Part shown: one piece after another, positions 7,373-12,814 of the stretch
Layout of the letters: each line of letters starts with the position of its first letter
Numbering within the stretch: position 1 is the stretch's first letter
Source: Candidatus Eiseniibacteriota bacterium
Lineage (GTDB): Bacteria; Eisenbacteria; RBG-16-71-46; CAZEPH01
DNA length: 12,814 bases
Assembly: GCA_044229145.1 (NCBI GenBank)
Contig: JBGATO010000094.1
Span: forward strand, 1-12,814
Direction: 5' to 3'
Made by a program: the position numbers and the translations under genes
The notes under the pieces: model-generated
The model's input: only the letters and a program-made list of their open reading frames with translations
The model's database searches: none
Told to the model about the DNA's origin: nothing

Positions 7373-8089
7373 TCAGCGAGAGTACATCCGCTTGATTGTC
7401 CCCCACGTCGCCGGAACGGCGGGCGTGATGTTCACCGACTCCAGGAACACCAACGCGTCGCTGAAGCTGGTGGGAGTGTTCAAGTTCGAGTTGCTCTGGA
7501 TCGCCAGCCACCACGAGCCCGCGCCGCGTCCCGTCGCCGGGAACACCAGCATCTGCGGCGTCTGCGCGAGGCCGTTCTCGTGGTCCTCGCTGTGGTAGCA
7601 GTTGTCCGGGTGGAACCAGCCGAGCGGGTGGACGAAGAATCCGAACGCGTCCGAGTTGACGCCCGTGTACACAGTCGAACTGCGCAGCAGCGCCATGTTG
7701 TCGAACAGGTTCACCACCACACGACCCTTCGCACCGACGTCGAAGGACGTCACGGCGAACCAACCGGCTGTCGCTTCCGCCGGGAACAGCTCGTATTCAC
7801 TCGCACACATGCCGCCGTTGTAGAGACCGACGGCGTTGCCGAGCGTCGTCTCCAGCTTGAACGTGAACGTCGAGTTATTCGACGGGCTCGTCGTCCACAG
7901 CGCGATCGGCGCCTGGTCTGCCTGCACGTCGATGGTCTGGCCGATCGAGGTGAAGTACGTCTGCAGGGTCGGCGTGTCGACGTGGACAGGACGGATGTTC
8001 ATGCCTTCGGGGGGCGTGACGGCAAACGCCGTCGTGGTGATAAGGGCGAGGCCGAGCAGGGCGGCCGCGACCGTTCTCCAGGTTGTCAT
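7373..8089 (-). CDS. Secreted hypothetical protein with C-terminal TWGxIK motif (DUF4114/PEP-CTERM-passenger-like core)
   Basis: 238 aa with high-GC3 codon use. Signal peptide MTTWRTVAAALLGLALITTTAFA, beta-rich body, and terminus SFSDALVFLESVNITPAVPATWGTIKRMYSR. Confidence 0.8.
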   Translation of the reverse strand: MTTWRTVAAALLGLALITTTAFAVTPPEGMNIRPVHVDTPTLQTYFTSIGQTIDVQADQAPIALWTTSPSNNSTFTFKLETTLGNAVGLYNGGMCASEYELFPAEATAGWFAVTSFDVGAKGRVVVNLFDNMALLRSSTVYTGVNSDAFGFFVHPLGWFHPDNCYHSEDHENGLAQTPQMLVFPATGRGAGSWWLAIQSNSNLNTPTSFSDALVFLESVNITPAVPATWGTIKRMYSR

Positions 8090-8541
8090 TGCACAACTCG
8101 CTTTCTGGTGGACCGCGTAGGCGGTCCGGTGAATCCATGCGGCGTGGGAGCTCTCGCCGCCTCCGGGCTGGGGCCCCGGGCGTCACGCGACGTGGAAACG
8201 CGGACGGAACCCGGCCGTGCCGCGCGCGCAACGTGTCCGTATCCTGCGCGTTCGAGGCGTCGCAGAGATAGGCGCATGTGGTCCCAGCCCAAGCGCGACT
8301 TGCGTTCTACTCGGTACCTCGTCTCTGCCATGGTGTCGCGCTGACCCGCTATGGGTTGCACGCTCCAGCTGTCTGGTCGCCCCTCGACGCGCCCGTGTCC
8401 TACCATCGTTTCACAGGATACGAAGTCACAGCCCATCGGGTAGAATGGAGATGCTACTGGCGGTGCGTCAGGTCGCACGCTGCTCCCACGCCTTCACTGT
8501 CTTAGCCTCAACCATCCCTCTCGCACGCTGGAGCCTGTCAG

Positions 8542-11500
8542 ATGCCCGCTCGCCGCCGAGTTGTTGCCGCGCTTCTGCTGCGGGCGTCCCTCTGGGTCGC
8601 GCCGGCCCTCGCGGCCCCGGTCGCCCCCGACTCCGCCGTGTTCGTTCCCCTCGGCACTCTCGGCGGGGAGAACGCGATTCCCGCTGCGGTGGCGGATCTC
8701 GGCTGGGTCGCAGGGTCCGTGTTCACCGACGGGTCGTTCCACGGATTCGTCGCACAGCATGGAGTCGTCACGGACCTTGGCGCGCCCTTGGGGGCCGACG
8801 CGGATGGCTACGTCTTCGTTTACGCAAACGCGGTCAACGACCAGGGCGATGCCGCAGGCAGCACGAGCATCGATCGTCATGGCAGCGGCGGCGAGTCCGC
8901 GCCGGTCGCGTGGATCGGGGGAACACGCATCGATCTCGGCGCGTCGGTCGGTGCAGATCACGGCGCCGCAACCGATATCAACAGTGCCGCGCAAGTCGTG
9001 GGCACCACCGGGAACTGGATCGCGGGGGGCCCGGACTTCATCTTCCGGTGGTCGCTCAGCGACGGATTGCTGAACCTCGGCGCCGGTGACACACCGCGCC
9101 TCAACGACTACGGCACGGTCGTGGCGCGCCGCGAAATCGGGCCGCCGCTCTGGTACCGCACGAGTCTGCGCGTCGGGACCGTGTGGACACCGCTCCCGCT
9201 GATCAACGGCTTTGGCGATTGGGTTCCCGTCGAGATCAACAACAACGACGATGTCCTCGCGTGGGACCAGCGGTTCGGCCAGTGGTGGCTCGTCCTCGGG
9301 GGCAGTCAAACCGTGACGCGCATCGATCCCAGCGCCCCGGACATGGTGCCCCACACGTTCCAGGCGACGTCGTTCACGGACGATCTCGACATCGTCGGGC
9401 GCTACACGATTGCCGGCACCAGCCCGCCGCAGACGGCGGCTGCCCTGCTCACCCGTGACGGCCTGCTGGTGCGACTCGACTCGCTGGGACTCGCGGAGAC
9501 GTCGCTCACTCCGGCCTTCCACGGCACGGGGAGCATGCCGGCACCACTGCTCAGCAACGATTTGCATGTCGTCGGAGCCTGGTACTCCTCGCTTGCCACC
9601 GTCGGCGGCGGTTTCGACATGGCGATCGATCCACGGATCGAAATCACCTATCCGGTCGCCGGATCAGTCCTGCAGGCCGGGACACGGGATTCCATCGTGT
9701 GGAATCAGTGGGGTGCGCACGGGCTGCGTTTCGAGCTTAGCACCGACCCGGTACACAGCCCGCGTCCCATCGATTCCTTCCTTGCGGCGGACGGGCGTCA
9801 CGAGATCGTCGTCCCCGAAACGAAGAGTCACCATGCGTCATTCCGGCTCATCCACGATCACAATCCACGAGGCCGCGGCGAGACAGGCGAACTGACGATT
9901 ACCGGGTTCTACCGGACGCAGCTCGACGCGCTTGCCGACTGGGTGCCCTTCGATCCGATCGATGACGTATGGTCGTTCGCCAACGCGGCGCCGCAAATCT
10001 GGCCGCCGTCGGAGTACGCCGGCGTGAACTACGCGAGCGGAATCGATCCGCATACCGGATCGCCGTATCCCACCGCGAGCGGGTCTCCGCCCGATTTGAC
10101 GTTCGGCACCAAGCCGCAATCGACCTTTCCCAGCTGGCCGCTCTTCGTCGACACATTCGGGGAGGCCGCGTGCTATTGGAGCACCTCGTCGCCGACGTAT
10201 AAGGCCATCGCGGAGGCCCGGTGGGCGGCGACTGCGGGAGCGTGGGGAGGATCGTGCTTCGGTCTCAGCACGTCGGCGTTGCTGCAATTCTCCAATCCCG
10301 CGGCGCTGCGAGCGGTGTTTCCGCGAATGCCGGTGACGGGGCAACTCCGCTCCCTCGTGACGTCGGCCGACACGCGGTCTGTGATCAATGAGATTCAAGT
10401 GGGCCGAGCAACCTGCGGTGCCGCGTTCCTCACCGTCTTGGGCAGTCCCATCGACGTTGTGCGGGAGTTGCGCAGCGCGTTTGCGCTCGACGAGCCGGAT
10501 GTGGGCTCCCTCTTCATGGCGGACCAGGCGGGATCCGGGAAAGCGCACGCGGTCATCCCCGTCTACGTCGAGCAGAGTCTGACACAGCCGGCGGTCTGGA
10601 ACATTGGCGTCTGCGATCCCAATCGCCCCGGCGCCTTCGACAGCGTGAGCGTCGACACGACGGCGAACGGTGGCACCGGCGCATGGACGTTCGGGGGATT
10701 CTCTCCAGCGTGGAGCGGCACCACCGGCCTGTATGTGTTCGAGGCGCCCTCGAACTACCTCACCACCGTGCCTCCGTTCTACGCGCCTGCACAGGCCGGG
10801 GAACTCGTTGTCGCCAATCCGGTCCGGGCGCTGTTCGCGGCGGCGGGCCGGCTGCAGGTCTATCCGTCCCACGGCGCGCGGGTGAGCATCCGCGATGGCT
10901 CTGGGTTTCTCCTCGGCTTCGTCGACAGCACGATCGTCGATTCCATCCCGTTCGCGGATCCGATCCGTCCGCCGGACACGCCGGACGGCCCGCCCCGGGG
11001 CTACGACATGCCTGCCGGTGCGTACGACATCGAGATGCAGGGGAGCGCGGAGGCGGCCGACGTCGTCACGTGCTTCGTCGACTCGCTGGTGTGGACTTAC
11101 CGCCGGCGGCCAGATGCCACATCGCCGCACCGGATGCGATTCGATGGCGGTTTGGTCGTCACCGGTGACGCCGCGGGGGACTCCGTGACCGTCTCGATGG
11201 CGGCGACGAGTGCGACGGACGAGAAGCTCTGGTTCGTCGCAGCTAGCGCCCTGGGCCTCGCAGACTCATTCGCGGTGCGCTCCGAGACGGGCGATCGCGC
11301 ACGGCTCGTGAATGACGGCGCCGCGCGGGCCATCGATCTCGTGCTCCGCCATGCGTCCAGCACCAGCGCGCCGGTCTTCCGGGCATCCGCGCTCCCACTC
11401 GCCGCCGGTGCCGCGATCGAGATCGTCCCGCGCTGGGACAGCTTGGACTCGGCGCTGCTGCTCGTCCTGGTCGACGCGAACAACGATGGCGTGCCAGAGG

Positions 11501-11868
11501 ATTCCCTCTACGTCGAGAACGGTGGCGCGCCGCCCACCACGGCGGGCGACCCCACGCGCGGGGCAGGGGGGACGCCGGACGTGGTGTCGGTGCGGGGCGG
11601 CAGCATCGCGCGGGGCGCGGTCTCGCTTGACGTCACCGCCGCCGGTGTGGCGCGCGTCACCGTGGAGCTTCTCGACGTGCGTGGACGCCGTGTCGCGCGA
11701 TTGCTCGACGAGACGATGGCAGCGGGCCGCCATGTCGTCACGGTGCCCGTGCGCGACGCACGCGGACTCGAACTCCCCTCCGGCGTCTACGCGATGCGCT
11801 ACACACTCGCGCCAGCCGGCGGCGGCCGTAGCAGCACGGGGACCGGCCGCGTGGTCATCGTGCGATAG
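8542..11868 (+). CDS. Large secreted multidomain protein: HAF-type extracellular repeats, Ig-like spacer, putative Cys-His-Asp catalytic domain, C-terminal FlgD-Ig/T9SS-type tail
   Basis: SD GGAG at 8530-8533; 1108 aa; signal peptide ending PALA/A. Repeats LGTLGG/DLGA...A.avN..G..aG; ITYPVAGSVLQAG...IVW; GGSCFGLS, HAVIP, VCDPN; DANNDG; tail LLDVRGRRVARL...GRH...LPSGVY. Confidence 0.85.
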   Translation: MPARRRVVAALLLRASLWVAPALAAPVAPDSAVFVPLGTLGGENAIPAAVADLGWVAGSVFTDGSFHGFVAQHGVVTDLGAPLGADADGYVFVYANAVNDQGDAAGSTSIDRHGSGGESAPVAWIGGTRIDLGASVGADHGAATDINSAAQVVGTTGNWIAGGPDFIFRWSLSDGLLNLGAGDTPRLNDYGTVVARREIGPPLWYRTSLRVGTVWTPLPLINGFGDWVPVEINNNDDVLAWDQRFGQWWLVLGGSQTVTRIDPSAPDMVPHTFQATSFTDDLDIVGRYTIAGTSPPQTAAALLTRDGLLVRLDSLGLAETSLTPAFHGTGSMPAPLLSNDLHVVGAWYSSLATVGGGFDMAIDPRIEITYPVAGSVLQAGTRDSIVWNQWGAHGLRFELSTDPVHSPRPIDSFLAADGRHEIVVPETKSHHASFRLIHDHNPRGRGETGELTITGFYRTQLDALADWVPFDPIDDVWSFANAAPQIWPPSEYAGVNYASGIDPHTGSPYPTASGSPPDLTFGTKPQSTFPSWPLFVDTFGEAACYWSTSSPTYKAIAEARWAATAGAWGGSCFGLSTSALLQFSNPAALRAVFPRMPVTGQLRSLVTSADTRSVINEIQVGRATCGAAFLTVLGSPIDVVRELRSAFALDEPDVGSLFMADQAGSGKAHAVIPVYVEQSLTQPAVWNIGVCDPNRPGAFDSVSVDTTANGGTGAWTFGGFSPAWSGTTGLYVFEAPSNYLTTVPPFYAPAQAGELVVANPVRALFAAAGRLQVYPSHGARVSIRDGSGFLLGFVDSTIVDSIPFADPIRPPDTPDGPPRGYDMPAGAYDIEMQGSAEAADVVTCFVDSLVWTYRRRPDATSPHRMRFDGGLVVTGDAAGDSVTVSMAATSATDEKLWFVAASALGLADSFAVRSETGDRARLVNDGAARAIDLVLRHASSTSAPVFRASALPLAAGAAIEIVPRWDSLDSALLLVLVDANNDGVPEDSLYVENGGAPPTTAGDPTRGAGGTPDVVSVRGGSIARGAVSLDVTAAGVARVTVELLDVRGRRVARLLDETMAAGRHVVTVPVRDARGLELPSGVYAMRYTLAPAGGGRSSTGTGRVVIVR

Positions 11869-11890
11869 CCGAGCGCAGCCACCACCGCGC

Positions 11891-11919
11891 TTGTTCGCCA
11901 CCGCGGGCGATGCTACAGT
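11891..11919 (+). promoter_or_regulatory. sigma70 promoter of ssrA
   Basis: TTGTTC (11891-11896)-N17-TACAGT (11914-11919) with extended TG at 11911-11912, 35 nt upstream of the mature tmRNA. Confidence 0.6.
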
Positions 11920-11954
11920 CACCCAACTCCGTGCATCTCACACGTGCACCGCGT

Positions 11955-12307
11955 GGGGGCGACAGGCTTCGACGGGTGTGTTGAGGCGCAGGGTGCGTGC
12001 CGAGGTCTCCGCTGCCTCGTAAAACAGGTGGAAAACTGTAATTGCGAACGAAAACTTCGCTCTCGCTGCCTAAATAAAGGCGGCGCGATCGCCTCGTGTG
12101 CGCCTGCCGGCGCGAGGATCGATCGCCATACACGGTGGGCTGGTCCCGCGCTCCGCCCCGGAGCAACGGACGAGAGTCGTCAGGGGCTAGCGTCGCCGGA
12201 TCCTGTCGACCGGAGCCGTCGCCGCGAAATCAATAGATCGAACACGCACGTAGTACCCTTCGTTGACGCACATTCGGACGCGGGTTCAATTCCCGCCGCC
12301 TCCACCA
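11955..12307 (+). ncRNA. ssrA: tmRNA (transfer-messenger RNA), tag peptide (A)ANENFALAA
   Basis: 5' GGGGGCGACAGGCTTCGACG and 3' GACGCGGGTTCAATTCCCGCCGCCTCCACCA. Acceptor stem GGGGGCG/CGCCTCC has the G3.U Ala determinant. Tag ORF at 12044-12073 is GCG AAC GAA AAC TTC GCT CTC GCT GCC TAA. Confidence 0.97.
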
Positions 12308-12339
12308 CTTCACCGATCACGCTCACTCACGCGCATTCC

Positions 12340-12363
12340 ATGGCCAGCCTCGAGGCTGGCCAT
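12340..12363. terminator. Perfect 24-bp palindrome, likely terminator hairpin downstream of tmRNA
   Basis: ATGGCCAGCCTCGAGGCTGGCCAT (10-bp stem plus TCGA loop) followed by CGTCGTTTG. It lies between the convergent ssrA and the minus-strand gene. Confidence 0.6.
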
Positions 12364-12511
12364 CGTCGTTTGCGGTGAGATCGCCCAACGGCCACCAGCT
12401 CGCGTGCCCCCCGCATGCCACACCGGCTGCGGCGCCGCGGGATCACCGTCGACGCTGCGCCGAGCGGGATGTGGCGCGCGGGGGGCTGGTCACAGCGCTC
12501 GGCGGCGCAGA

Positions 12512-12814
12512 TCAGCGCGCCAGCAGCAGCAGTTTGGCGGTTGCAAGGCCGTCTGGAGTTTCCACCCGGCAGAGATAGATGCCCGGCGGCAGCATCGCGC
12601 CGGACGAATCCGTGCCGTCCCAGGTCACACCGTGAATGCCGGCCACCTGCTCGCCCATGTGTAGAGGGCGCAGGAGCCTACCTGTGAGGTCGAAGATACC
12701 CACGCGCGCCGCGCCCGACCTTGCCAGGGTCCACTCGACGCGGGTTCCCTCGCGAGCGGGATTGGGCCAGGCGCGAATCCCGGTAGTGGTACCGGCGCCC
12801 GCCGACGGGCGGTC
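12512..12814 (-). CDS. Partial CDS (3' end): FlgD-Ig/T9SS type-A-like C-terminal sorting domain of a secreted protein
   Basis: Frame open from the window edge: ...TTTGIRAWPNPAREGTRVEWTLARSGAARVGIFDLTGRLLRPL...VTWDGTDSSGAMLPPGIYLCRV...AKLLLLAR*. PNP, IFDLTGR, WDG and GIY are hallmark motifs. Confidence 0.88.
   Translation of the reverse strand, partial: DRPSAGAGTTTGIRAWPNPAREGTRVEWTLARSGAARVGIFDLTGRLLRPLHMGEQVAGIHGVTWDGTDSSGAMLPPGIYLCRVETPDGLATAKLLLLAR

Noticed and set aside
5527..8344. Long ORFs 5527..7260 -, 5898..7598 +, 6843..7763 -, 7067..8344 +
   Set aside because: They overlap motif-supported genes and have the R/A/P-rich composition typical of high-GC shadow frames.
8494..11922. Antisense ORFs 8494..9567, 9838..11130 and 11266..11922
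   Set aside because: Antisense shadows of the 1108-aa gene with no recognisable motifs.
4941..12311. Shared 9-mer CACCACTTC at the 3' ends of tRNA-Lys (4941-4949) and tmRNA (12303-12311) as attL/attR of an island
   Set aside because: Much of the match is the universal ACCA end. Both RNAs are complete, different genes with their own promoters, and no integrase lies between them.
11855..12687. ORFs overlapping tmRNA and its downstream region
   Set aside because: The region is explained by ssrA, the hairpin and the minus-strand gene end.
1..12814. CRISPR array, IS element, prophage or known riboswitch
   Set aside because: No regularly spaced repeats, transposase/integrase/phage motifs or recognisable aptamer consensus were found by eye. 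An Rfam scan of 3430-3596 and 8090-8541 would be needed to exclude a riboswitch.

Overview
High-GC bacterial chromosomal segment. The FlgD-Ig/T9SS-like C-terminal tails and a 'TWGxIK' tail suggest an uncultured FCB-related lineage such as Eisenbacteria/Latescibacterota (inference only). Left to right: two convergent exported alkaline-phosphatase-superfamily (NPP/phosphodiesterase-like) genes, both apparently on leaderless transcripts; a PspG-like membrane protein coupled to a class I SAM methyltransferase behind an ECF-type promoter; tRNA-Lys(CTT); a translationally coupled extracytosolic flavinylation module (FMN-binding SGAT protein, two-TM PepSY-type protein with a BNR/Asp-box insert, ApbE); a secreted protein ending in a TWGxIK tail; a 1108-aa secreted protein (HAF repeats, putative Cys-His-Asp catalytic domain, FlgD-Ig tail); tmRNA (tag ANENFALAA); a 24-bp palindromic terminator; and the 3' end of another FlgD-Ig-tailed gene. 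No integrase, transposase or CRISPR array was seen. The best candidates for new biology are the minimal ApbE/FMN-binding/PepSY-BNR redox module, the TWGxIK putative sorting signal, and the large cysteine-enzyme-like surface protein.
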